A stretch of DNA of 63,777 nt, filler included, from Aduncisulcus paluster (GCA_024181965.1; 34 parts of 34 records of this genome joined end to end with filler, not necessarily neighbours in it); one strand, 5' to 3'; shown: positions 48,374 through 59,291, numbered from the whole stretch's first letter. Translations and numbers: made by a program. The notes: generated by a model from the sequence alone, not told the origin.

Positions 48374-48445
48374 TGGTTCAATTGGTAAAGTATCTGTCTT
48401 GTGAAATACTTTCCTCGGGTTCGAAACCTGGTGTCGCTTCCTTTT
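48374..48445 (+). promoter_or_regulatory. Degenerate tRNA-like Pol III unit (A box, B box, T4) immediately upstream of a PPT
   Basis: TGGTTCAATTGG (48374-85), GGTTCGAAACC (48418-28) in a pairable T-arm, TTTT at 48442-45; acceptor and anticodon stems do not pair. Confidence 0.55.
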
Positions 48446-48447
48446 CT

Positions 48448-48599
48448 AAAAAGGGCAGGATGTAATATACCTTATATTATATCATATTTTTATTATTTAT
48501 TTTACTCTATTCATTATTCTCAGAGATCTATTTTTAGGAGTTTCGGTTCATGTGTTTATTCTTAAATAAATTTGTCTGCGCTTTACTAAGCCTGTCACA
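48448..48599 (+). mobile_element. PPT (48448-48460) plus 139-bp 3' LTR (48461-48599, TGT...ACA)
   Basis: AAAAAGGGCAGGA|TGTAA; contains TCTCAGAGATCTATTTTTAG and AAATAAATTTG as in the 5' LTRs; no palindrome after its end. Confidence 0.75.
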
Positions 48600-48986
48600 C
48601 GGATATATGAATCAAAATATAATCATGTTTTGATCCGAGATCAAATATGGACCATTTTGAAGTTTTGATCAATATTGGAGCAAATATGATCAATGAAATG
48701 GGATCAAATTTAATCCATATTTACTTGAAGATCAGAATTGGATCAAATTTTGATCTGAGAAAATGCTCCACAAATGATCTTGGACCATTTTCGGACAAAA
48801 GTGCGCGGCTATGCACTGGTGTGCCATTATCATCGACTAAGTAAATAGTACGATTTAAACGAATTTTTTACATAATAATTACAATGTACATATTATAATA
48901 TACATCCAATATAAATCATATATCAATTATACTACGAAATATTTTATTTATTTATTACATTTTATAATTATTTTATATTATCGTTA

Positions 48987-49060
48987 CCCTCCGTAGTCTA
49001 ACTGGAAGACCGGCATCCTCTTATTCCGTAAACCCCGGGTTCGAATCTCGCTATCGGCCA
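48987..49060 (+). ncRNA. tRNA-like sequence (pseudo-tRNA or SINE head)
   Basis: TAGTCTAACTGGAAGAC with a perfect D-stem, GGTTCGAATCT T-loop, ends in CCA at 74 nt; acceptor and anticodon stems non-canonical. Confidence 0.55.
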
Positions 49061-49321
49061 ATTTCGAGAGTAGAACAACCGGCAAGTACCGGGCAAACGA
49101 TGCTACCCCAAAGGTTAAACTCGGTGTTCTTACCGTGAGATGTCGTCTATAGCCGATATTCGGAATTCTCACTGGCCTTGAATGCCCGATGTTAGATTGC
49201 AGCGTTAAGGGGGTTTGAAAGNNNNNNNNNNNNNNNNNNNNNNNNNNNNNNNNNNNNNNNNNNNNTTAATTAATTAANNNNNNNNNNNNNNNNNNNNNNN
49301 NNNNNNNNNNNNNNNNNNNNN

Positions 49322-49794
49322 TTCACCGCCAAGCTGACACCCAGTCTGATCATGTTTCATCAGCTCGAACATCCTCATCTACAACTCAGTCAGGTGGTTC
49401 GTCTTCACTTCACCGCCAAGCTGACACCCAGTCTGATCATGTTTCATTAGCTCGAACACCCTCATCTACAACTCAGTCAGGTGGCTCGTCTTCACTTCAC
49501 CGCCAAGCTGACACCCAGTCTGATCATGTTTCATTAGCTCGAACATCCTCATCTACAACTCAGTCAGGTGGCTCGTCTTCACTTCACCGCCAAGCTGACA
49601 CCCAGTCTGATCATGTTTCATTAGCTCGAACATCCTCATCTACAACTCAGTCAGGTGGCTCGTCTTCACTTCACCGCCAAGCTGACACCCAGTCTGATCA
49701 TGTTTCATTAGCTCGAACATCTTCATCTACAACTCAGCCAGGTTGCTTATCTTCACTTCACCGCCAAGCTGACACCCAGTCTGATCATGTTTCA
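49322..49794 (+). repeat. 87-bp coding tandem repeat, about 5.4 copies (29 aa: HRQADTQSDHVSLARTSSSTTQSGGSSSL)
   Basis: CACCGCCAAG at 49324, 49411, 49498, 49585, 49672, 49759. Confidence 0.97.
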
Positions 49795-50501
49795 TCTCAA
49801 GCTACACAGAACACCAATGAGACCCCTCTTCTTACAGTACGACTCCCGGAGTTCCCTCTTGATCATTCAAGTCCACCGGTGCCGCAAACATCAACTGAAT
49901 TACAACTAGTAACAACTCACCCTCGTGGAGACTTTAACAACTTGAGTGAAGTCATATCGGATCTCAGACAGCAGGAGTCACAAGATCCACTGACGGAGCT
50001 CCCAAGACTGGACAGAAGGACGATATCCCGTATGGAGCATCACATCAACCATCTTGTACCTGAACTAAGACTGGATACCGATCCTCTAATGCCTCCCACG
50101 CACGAACGAACCATCCCGGACAGGCCTAATACTGAGCCAGAAACAAGAATACGACTGAGGGAACTTACCCTACCCGTCGAAATCAAGGATGGCCTTCTCC
50201 GTGACTATATCCTGGCGATCAAAGATGGAGATGACATCGATGCAATGATGGATATCCTACGAAAAGAGGCAAAAAGACGATGGGCCGCTCTAACGGCACA
50301 AAGAAGATCACGAAGAGAGGATGTAACTGACAATACCTCATCAATCCCAAGGAGAATCGAATCGCTTGATGACATCCCTGATGATCTCCCACCAACACTT
50401 CAAATGACCCTCCATTACTCCATTATGATGGAGAATATCCCTATGATAAACCGCCTGTTAGGTGAATACAGAAAGGAAAGAGAGCTGAGCAAAAAGACAT
50501 A
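49324..50501 (+). CDS. Hypothetical protein with 29-aa repeats, possibly a mobile-element ORF; partial at both ends
   Basis: The repeat frame is continuous with ORF 49879. Confidence 0.6.
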
Positions 50502-50601
50502 NNNNNNNNNNNNNNNNNNNNNNNNNNNNNNNNNNNNNNNNNNNNTTAATTAATTAANNNNNNNNNNNNNNNNNNNNNNNNNNNNNNNNNNNNNNNNNNN
50601 N

Positions 50602-52158
50602 CAATCGGGTCTTTTGACAAATAAGGCATGTTGTTACCGTTTCGTGAATGCTCTTTTTTAAATTAGTCCACGTTAATCCAAGGCCATGAATAAACTTTAC
50701 CATAGCACTTTCTCCATGATGTCCTACCAAATGAGAACCATGGGCTAACTTCAATATCTCTTTCTTCAACTTATCTGCCTTTTCAGGGATTATCAAAAAC
50801 CCATCTTTTGTAACGAATAAACCATCTTCCCTCATCAATCCAGAATAATTCTTCATTTCCGTTTGCTGAGCAATGCGAACCTTTCCAATAAAAGAATCAT
50901 CTAATTCGGTATAAATAGAAGCCAATAATTTTGGTTGTCCTTGGTGAAACCGGGATAATACATCGGCGATGATATTATCCTTGCCAGGTACATGCTCGAT
51001 TTCGAATTCAAACTCCTCTAATCTCAAGCGCCATCTCGTTAACTTGGCATTAGGGGCTTTCTGCAGATATACCAAGTTACGATGGTCCGTCTTGAGCATA
51101 AATGGTCGGCCTCTTAAGTACGATTCACAGTTCAAGACTGCCATTACTACTGCATAGGCCTCTTGTTCAACCGTACTCCAACGGGATTGAACTTCAGTCA
51201 ACTTCTTCGACATGAACTGAATTGGTCGTTCTTTACCATCAATCGGATCGCGCTGCATCAACACAGCTCCGATTCCCACTGACGATGCATCAGTATACAA
51301 TATAAGGTCTCCTGATTCTTTTAAAGGGGCTAAGATTCTCCCTTTCTGTAACTCATCAATGACCATTCTAAATGCCTTCTCTTGCTCCTCAGTCCACGTC
51401 CAGTCCAATTCCTTATTTAATAACCGAGTTATTGGTTCCATTACAACTGAGTAGTTCGGAATGAACTCTCTGAAGTAATTCATCAATCCAACAAAGGACT
51501 GTACCTCTTTTCTCGACGTTGGGGGAGATAACAAAGCCAGATCAGAAACTCTGGATGGGCTTATACGTCTTCCTTCTTCAGATATCACCCATCCGAGATA
51601 CTCAACTTCGCGAGTAGCAAAAGAACATTTGCTTTTGTTCAATCTCAATCCATATTCAGCTAACCTCCCCAAAACTTCCTTCATCAACCTCATGAATTCC
51701 TGTTCAGTCTCTGAATAAATCACAATATCATCCAGATAAACTAGAACCCCATGATACAATAGGTCTGCAAATAGTTCCGAAATCACCTTTTGAAAATATG
51801 CAGGGGCAGTCGTTATCCCAAAGGGCAAAACATTAAACTCATAGAGCCCCAAGGGTGTAGTAAACGCGGTCAATGGTCGAGAAGTTTCTTCTACTTTAAT
51901 CTGGTGGTAGCCATGCTGCAAATCGAGAGTTGAGAAGTATTTAGCTCCTACCAGATGCATCAATAAATCATCTATCCGCGGCAATGGATAGCGGATAGGA
52001 ATAATGTGGTTATTCAACTCACGATAATCCACACATAATCGGTATGTACCATTCTTTTTTGGTACTAAAACAATGGGAGAAGCATATGGAGATGTCGAAG
52101 GGCGGATAAATCCCTTATCTAACAAGTCCTGGAGAATCTCTTCCAGAATCTGTCTCCT
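50602..52158 (-). mobile_element. Ty3/gypsy pol fragment: RT, RNase H and integrase HHCC
   Basis: SPYASP, LCVDYRELN, YLDD, YTDAS..GIGAVL, EQEAYA, TDHRNL, N.IADVLSR, H....GH...C..CQ; RT-RH-IN order. Confidence 0.97.
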
Positions 52159-53470
52159 NNNNNNNNNNNNNNNNNNNNNNNNNNNNNNNNNNNNNNNNNN
52201 NNTTAATTAATTAANNNNNNNNNNNNNNNNNNNNNNNNNNNNNNNNNNNNNNNNNNNNCATCTTGAAGGAGATCGAAAAGAAGAGGGCGTGGCCCGAAGG
52301 GGCAAGCCCTTCCATCGCGGCCAGAAACAGGCAGTTCTGAGTCCGATCGATTTAGTTTTTATAGGTATTCAAGGTATTTAGGATGTATTATTGATGATTT
52401 GTAAGGACTGGGTTTTGGCATATTACTGACTATCAGCGTATTAAAGGGCTGGATAGAAGCGAAAATCCGAGGTAAACAAATGAATTAAAGGTCTATAAAG
52501 ACAATATTGAGCATTATAAAGGAAGCAGCTCATACTATGCTAGTAGTATTGAGAAAAAGACAATGACTCTATATATAATGAAGAAGATCCCAAGATTTGG
52601 ATCTTATACAGTGAAATGTCACACTGTATAGTATGAAATGACCTTCTAAGAACATATCTTGTAAAGAAATATGGATAATTGAGTCAAGCTCACGGAAGTG
52701 CTGCTAGGAAAATTTTTCAGAATGCATGTTGTGATTAATCCTTGTCAGATTTAAAAGAATAATCGGCTTAATATACAATTATTTCATAGAGAAAATATTA
52801 AAATTGAATTATTAGTGGACGAAAAGGTTCCAACAAAGATGTTACTAACATGTTATTAGTAATAACATCGATACCCATCCGTTGGACTTGTGAGTCACAA
52901 GTACACATCATCAGAAATGAAGTATAACAGAATCGAAATCGTTTTGAGGACTGTACACCCTCAGAGCCAATGAGAGTATGACAATTATAAAGGGAGTGGT
53001 TTTAAAGGTATAGTTTCCACTTCAACACGTTATTTATGTTTATAGATATATTAGAAGGAATTTTAAATTGTGATTGGGTTTTTAAATATATATTTTTCCC
53101 TTTCAATGAGATGAATCAAATCATAGAAGAGTAATTATTCCATCAAAGAATTTAGGATGTCTTGGAATAGGTATTTAAACAATTGGGTAATTAAGATACA
53201 GAACTTCGATAATAATATAAGATAGAAAAAGCAAAGGAATACAAAGCACGTATATAATAACACTGGGAGAAGAAGTAATAAGATAGAACCTTGAAGCCAT
53301 AGAGGATGCGCGCCCGATATGACCTTCATACGTTTTACTTAGTAACAGCTCCTTTGAATTATGTCCAGTTATATATATTGTTGTTCCAACAGGTAAGGTT
53401 TTACAGTGATGTGCTGAACGTACAGTGAGAGACCTTGGCATGAACAATGTAGAATCTCCTGATCCTCACT

Positions 53471-53598
53471 GAGGAGGGAAGGGAAGTGTGTTTGAGTTTC
53501 AGCAAGAATCAGAAGATTCAAGATAGAGTTTTGCGTTCAATCGAGATTTGAGTTCTTTAGAGTTCAAGACGCTCAAGGAAAGAAGTTGTGGCTACACA
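53471..53598 (+). mobile_element. PPT (53471-53486) plus candidate 112-bp 3' LTR (TGTGT...ACACA)
   Basis: GAGGAGGGAAGGGAAG directly followed by TGTGT; ACACA one base before the contig end. Confidence 0.55.
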
Positions 53599-53699
53599 GN
53601 NNNNNNNNNNNNNNNNNNNNNNNNNNNNNNNNNNNNNNNNNNNTTAATTAATTAANNNNNNNNNNNNNNNNNNNNNNNNNNNNNNNNNNNNNNNNNNNN

Positions 53700-55227
53700 A
53701 ATACCAAGATATAATAAATATTTTTCACTTATATCATCCAAAATAAAACCTGCCAAATCCAATGACGTAACAGTTGCTGGCACAGGAGACAAGTCATACA
53801 CGCTCGTGCCACTCAGATCCAACGTCGTCAGCGCGGGGAGGGCTGACCCATCGGACAGGGCAAGACTCGAAAAGAACCCGGGGAACGTGACGTTCGTGCG
53901 CCCAGAGATGGAAAGCGTGGTCAGGGACGATGGGAACATGCCTTGCACAGTCACATCATAGTGATTGTCAGAGTCGAACAGAGGACTCAGGGACGACAGC
54001 TGAGTCGCCCAGTAGTCGCCAGAAGAAACGGCTCCAACAGTCAAGTACAATGCACGCAGAGACGTCAGACGCGAGAAATCAGTGTTCGGCGCAATGTCAA
54101 TGTTATTCAGCGTAAGCGTCTCCAGGCTCGTGGGAAGATCATCGATGTCACTGGTGCTCAGTTGTTTGGACACAGAGTCCGTGTTGCTCACATACAGCGT
54201 CGTAAGGTTCGTCGCTGCACTCAGGCCTGCGAAGGAGTCAACAAAGTATGTGTTCAACGAGGTTAGGTGTTGGAGGTCACCTGGGGTTAAGTCATCACAA
54301 TGGGCAGCATGATCAAGGACAAGACAGATGTCGTTCCGAAGGTTGGCATCGGGCATAAATGTTTTAAATTGTGTACACCTCTCAGAAGAGTCAAAAGTCA
54401 AATATCCATCCCAACATTCAGACTCCCAAGTATCAGACGAAGTCTCGGAACATATCTCATAATTACTGAAATCAGGCACTGGGGAACACATGCACGTTTG
54501 CTCAGACTCAGTGGACACGAGGGAGAAGGATGAGTTCGTGAAGTATGAAGACAGGATGGTGTTCACATCAGCAATGTCACAGATCAGATTGTCACTGATA
54601 TCGAGGTACTCCAATACACCGGTGGGCAAGAGTGTCGTTTCGTTCTCATTGATCAGAACAGACACATCAGAGATCTGGTTGGAATGGACATCGATGCTCG
54701 TTAATGAGGGGACAGTTGAAATTGAAGAAATGTCAATAATACCATTGGAACTAAGATTTAGTGTAATCAACTCAGTGAGCGTTGAAAGTGGAGAGATGTC
54801 AACAATACTATTCGAGCTGAGGTCAACAGTCGACAGAGTACCAACATGCTCCAGACCAACAAGAGAGGAGACACTGCTCGATGAACACGTCAGAGACGAG
54901 GATGCAGGGATGCTCTTCAAGGAGGAAACTCCAAACGCATACGTCCCATCGCCAACAGAAACCTTGTCAGCAGCATCGATCAGGCCGGACACACAGCCAT
55001 GCAAGCCCACATCAGGCACAACACTAGCACACCCATGAGTGCCATCGGAGTTCACACGGCATTCGGAGCCATACTCACACCCACCAGAACAGTCGGCAGA
55101 ACGTGTGCATGTGAATGTGTCCGAATCAAAGTACGTGTAATATGAGTCGCTCATGCAGGTCACATTCCAGGTGTCGGAGGAAGGAGCAGTCTCAGAGCAC
55201 ACGAAACCCTCAGAGATGGCTGCAATC
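53700..55227 (-). CDS. LRR plus Cys-rich surface protein fragment (internalin-like repeats)
   Basis: LSSNSIVDISPLSTLTELITLNLSSN repeats; Cys modules shared with 45315-46451. Confidence 0.87.
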
Positions 55228-55327
55228 NNNNNNNNNNNNNNNNNNNNNNNNNNNNNNNNNNNNNNNNNNNNTTAATTAATTAANNNNNNNNNNNNNNNNN
55301 NNNNNNNNNNNNNNNNNNNNNNNNNNN

Positions 55328-55644
55328 GAGACAGTCTTTTGGGGTGCAGACCCGATTTCAACTTCTTCATCTTCAGAGCATTTCAGGACTTCTTGCACAT
55401 CACTGTTGGTGCGGGGCTCTTCGGTATCTTCATCTTTGGAGTCCTTTGGAGCGATTGGTGCAGATTCGACAGTGTCAAATTTGTCGATTTCAACAGGTGC
55501 AGAATCAAACTTTTCTTCAACACTTTTAGGAGTAACGAACTTTTGTTTGATCTTTTTCGTAATCAAAATTACTTTTTCTGACCCATCTTTTGATGGAGCA
55601 ACGGCTTTGGCGGTTTTGGCGCTTTTGATTCCCTTGGGGCTCAT
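55328..55644 (-). mobile_element. Gag-like ORF start (K/E-rich low complexity) downstream of an LTR
   Basis: ATG 49 nt after the LTR-adjacent palindrome; no diagnostic motif before the contig end. Confidence 0.5.
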
Positions 55645-55707
55645 AATGGCTTAGTAATAGGTAGCAAAAATAAAGGTAGATAGTATCTTATCGCAATTTA
55701 ATTAAAT

Positions 55708-55770
55708 TGTGGTATACCTTCCTAGGGGTAATGTGATACAATTTACTTATGGGGAATCTGACCTACCACA
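55708..55770 (-). mobile_element. LTR, minimally 63 bp (TGTGGTA...TACCACA), followed by palindrome CAATTTAATTAAATTG (55694-55709)
   Basis: 7-bp inverted termini identical to those of the LTR at 41038-41127; AGTAAATTG at the poly(A)-signal position; 5' boundary could extend to 55894. Confidence 0.68.
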
Positions 55771-55956
55771 CGACCATTGGTTTTGTCTCCAGCTCGACTA
55801 TAAAATCTGTTTTCATCAGATTTTTCTGAACTCTAAGCTTTCTTTAGGTCAACTGTTAATCAATATATTATTGTTATTGCTTATGTTTTCGACATATTCA
55901 ATCTCTACTCCTACTCTTTCTTTTGAGCTCCTTTCTCCGGGTTTCATGTAATTTGT

Positions 55957-57171
55957 TTACTTCTTTGCTGTTTTCTGCTCTTTTTCCAACAGCTCCCACT
56001 CTTTCTTACTGAAGAGGTAATGCAGAGTTTTATGGCCAACTACATACTTTTCATAAGCTTCTGTATCCTTTATATCCGACCAGGATTGCCAAGTATTCTC
56101 CTTTGAAGAGTATCCTTCCCATTTAACTCTGAACTTGATCGACCTTTTCCCCTTTCCTCGATGAGCCACGATTTTTTCTACTTTAAACTCTCTTCTATCA
56201 GCCTGTTCAGACCTCTTTTGGAGTTCTTCTAGTGTTTCTTCCTCTGGTTCCTTAAATTTTCTCAGGTCTGAGATGTGTGACGTAATAAATTCACCCCCAT
56301 TAATAGATTCCAGCTCAAAATAATAGTCCCTGACCTTATTTTTGATAGTAAAAGGTCCAAGGTTTGTTGGATCAACCTTTCTCTTCTTGTTCTTGTTAAA
56401 CAACAATACTTTTTCGCCAATTTCGAAAGTACTTTCTTGTTCATTGATTTCTTTTTGTTTATCTATCCCTTTGTCTTGTATTTTTGTTATTTTAGAGTAC
56501 ATCTGTTCCCTGAAAAGTTGATTCTTTCTCATAAACTCTTTCCAAGTTTCTCCATATGAAGTCTTTTCTTCTTCATCTTTAATAATCTCTGTTAATGGTG
56601 TTTGCTTTGCCTGCACACCATACAAGACCTCGAACGGCGAGAAGCCAAAGCGTTCTGATTTTCTATTGTTCAGCGTTGCCATGATTAGTGGCACCAAAGG
56701 AGCCCATTCTTCCTTATTCCAGCCGGATGTAAAGTAGTACTTTAATTGTTGTAGTATTTCTCTATTGAACCGTTCAACAATTCCGTTCGCTTGATGGTGG
56801 TCAACAACGGCAATTGTATGTTCAATTCCAAACTTTGTCGTGAGTTCATTCATCAGCGAATTCTTGTATTGACTACCAGCATCCGTTCTGATTCTTCTGG
56901 GAATCCCATGGCGAGCGATTACCAGACATATGCATTCTACCGCCTCCTTTGCTGTCGTCGAGCGGCATGGAAACAATTCGATAAATCTCGAGAAATTGTC
57001 TATAAGCACTATGATATAACTGCAGCCCGTTTCTTTATCCATGGTTAATGGACCAAAAGTATCAATTGAAATCTCGTCAAAAGGTCTTGTTCTAGAAAGT
57101 GTACCCATTGTTCTTGGCTTGTGAAGGGGTTTCAACTTCTGACATTCTAAACATTCAGAAGTGATTCTTTC
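55957..57171 (-). mobile_element. Ty3/gypsy integrase core with GPF module and chromodomain
   Basis: ISIDTFGP, IDNFSRF, RTDAGSQY, HHQANGIVERFN, GPF, FKVEKIVAHR...FRVKWEGYSSKENTWQ. Confidence 0.97.
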
Positions 57172-57272
57172 NNNNNNNNNNNNNNNNNNNNNNNNNNNNN
57201 NNNNNNNNNNNNNNNTTAATTAATTAANNNNNNNNNNNNNNNNNNNNNNNNNNNNNNNNNNNNNNNNNNNNT

Positions 57273-59291
57273 GAAGAAGGATCTTGTCGAATGCTTGAGT
57301 TTTTATTAGAACAGAATCCTCGATGTGATGAGATATTAGACGATAAGGATGTTAAGATTATTTCTTCCCTTATTCTCGGCAAAGACAAAGCTGAAAAGGG
57401 TGTATGTAGCTCAGTTCCATCATATTTATATGATATCGTTAGCAACAGTCGGAATAGCATTGATGTTGACAAATTCGACTATCTCGCCAGGGACAGTCAG
57501 TACTGTGGAGTTTCTTCTCTCTCTTTCGATTCTACAAGGCTTATCTCAGCTGCTCGAGTCATAGATGACCAGGTCTGTTACAATATTAAGGAAGTTCTGA
57601 ATCTGTATAACTTGTTCCATACCAGATATATCTCATTTCGAACCATCTACACTCACCGGGTTACGATGACTATAGAGCGGATGATATGCGATGCCCTTCT
57701 CAAAAGTGACCCATTCCTGCATTTGAGCAAGAGTATTGATGACATGAATGAATACCAACGAGTCAATGATGGCATCTTGGATACAATTGGTTGGTATCGA
57801 GGTGGACAAATATTTCGACCAAGTGCAGTGACCGACAAATCAACAGTTGCGAGCGAGGGTACATCATCTGTGAGATCCATTATTGGGACAAGTTATCACG
57901 AAGAGGATGAAGGAATGAAGCAGGGTAGGGAGATCGTCCAACGAATATGGAATCGAGATTTATACAAGCGTGTCCGTTTATTGATATTGCGTTCTGAAGA
58001 TCCGATGAGTCAATTGTCAAATGCCAAGCTGAAATCCCGGATTCTTAGACTTGCCACTGCCAACGGCATTAAATTGCGAGAAGACGAGTTCATTGTTCAT
58101 AAAACTAAGTTAAATTATGCTTTAAAGGACCATAATCCAATTGAACACACTGGGTTTTACCTGTCTTCTGATCCCAATCGCAAGAGAATAGTCAAGTCTG
58201 ATGGAGTTAGCTACCTTGTCCCGCAACTATTTCAGGAAGTTCATGTCAACATCATTGTTCGAAACCCTCATTCTGACATTGGAAGAATCAAGAAGGTCGT
58301 CGATCTCCTTGTAAAAACTCTTGAAAAAGAAAGTAATTCGTTCTCTGTCAAACCCAGACATACTGCTCAACGGCGCAAACATTCTTCTGCTTCTTCCTCT
58401 TTCACTTCCCTTGGAACCAAGAAAACAACGCACTCGAGTCTTCCTATTTCAATACCGACAGTACGAAAACAATCATCTCCAGGTTCTTTCTCAAATCCTC
58501 TTCTAGCCAGCGGTGGAAGATCTTCCTCGTCATTCCCGCTCGGAATTAACCCTCTCGTTGAAAATGAAGAAGATGTTATTGTTGTCAGTAATAGTTCTTC
58601 CAAAACTCATTCAAGGCATCCCCAAAGACTATCTAAAGAAGGAGGGTTTGACCATCCTCTAGCTCGCCCTTCTACCTCTTCTTTCCACCCAATGGGATCT
58701 CCTGAGTTATTCCATGCCCATCCTTCTCCTTCTGGTTCCCAAGAACGTGTGAAATCCTCTGAGCCCTACTCCCTTGTCGTCAACAGTCAGATGAACGATG
58801 AAACAGACCTGAACACAGTGCTTCCAGGTTCTCCATCTCCCCCTGGCTCTGCATCCCTCGGAGATCATGAAGAAGCTGAGACGTTGCTCTCACGACCATC
58901 GATGAGGACTTCTGGAGGGGCTTCAAAACGAAGGTTTTCTTCTCCCACTTCTCCAACAAAATACGGCAGTCATAAAAGATCATCCAAAAACCTTATTCTC
59001 GGTGAGAAAGAAGTGGGCAGCGATGGATCTTATTCAGATTCGGAGAAAGCTTCATGTTGTGTGCGAACAAGAAAGAGTGTTGAGCATCAGGAAGGAGACT
59101 TGAAGGATGCAGAAAAAATCGATGATGGATTACAAATTGGATTCAAAGCATTTCAATATTCTTCGCAGATGGCTTCACAGGGCGTTGGAGATGAGAGTTG
59201 TTATGAATATGTTCAAGTTCCAAAGAGTTGTGAAAGTCAGGAAGAATCCTCAGAAAGTGAGGGTGAGATTTCTGGATCTATTGAAGAATAG
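57273..59291 (+). CDS. SAMHD1-like HD-domain dNTP triphosphohydrolase with a long Ser-rich tail (5'-partial)
   Basis: EEGS..ML, YLYDIVSN.RNSIDVDKFDYLARD, YNLFHTR....R.IYTH, R..NRDLYK, NP.....FY. Confidence 0.9.
   Translation, partial: EEGSCRMLEFLLEQNPRCDEILDDKDVKIISSLILGKDKAEKGVCSSVPSYLYDIVSNSRNSIDVDKFDYLARDSQYCGVSSLSFDSTRLISAARVIDDQVCYNIKEVLNLYNLFHTRYISFRTIYTHRVTMTIERMICDALLKSDPFLHLSKSIDDMNEYQRVNDGILDTIGWYRGGQIFRPSAVTDKSTVASEGTSSVRSIIGTSYHEEDEGMKQGREIVQRIWNRDLYKRVRLLILRSEDPMSQLSNAKLKSRILRLATANGIKLREDEFIVHKTKLNYALKDHNPIEHTGFYLSSDPNRKRIVKSDGVSYLVPQLFQEVHVNIIVRNPHSDIGRIKKVVDLLVKTLEKESNSFSVKPRHTAQRRKHSSASSSFTSLGTKKTTHSSLPISIPTVRKQSSPGSFSNPLLASGGRSSSSFPLGINPLVENEEDVIVVSNSSSKTHSRHPQRLSKEGGFDHPLARPSTSSFHPMGSPELFHAHPSPSGSQERVKSSEPYSLVVNSQMNDETDLNTVLPGSPSPPGSASLGDHEEAETLLSRPSMRTSGGASKRRFSSPTSPTKYGSHKRSSKNLILGEKEVGSDGSYSDSEKASCCVRTRKSVEHQEGDLKDAEKIDDGLQIGFKAFQYSSQMASQGVGDESCYEYVQVPKSCESQEESSESEGEISGSIEE

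Noticed and set aside
48987-49060. Functional tRNA gene
   Set aside because: The acceptor and anticodon stems do not pair; kept only as tRNA-like.
49322-49794. 87-bp repeats as a CRISPR array
   Set aside because: The units are contiguous with no unique spacers, are a multiple of 3 and lie in an open frame; no cas genes are present.
55861-55873. CAATATATTATTG as a sixth PBS-position palindrome
   Set aside because: It is imperfect, has no credible LTR or gag next to it, and is expected by chance in AT-rich DNA.
50602-59291. Functional linkage of the SAMHD1-like dNTPase with neighbouring retroelements as a defence island
   Set aside because: They are on different contigs joined by artificial spacers.
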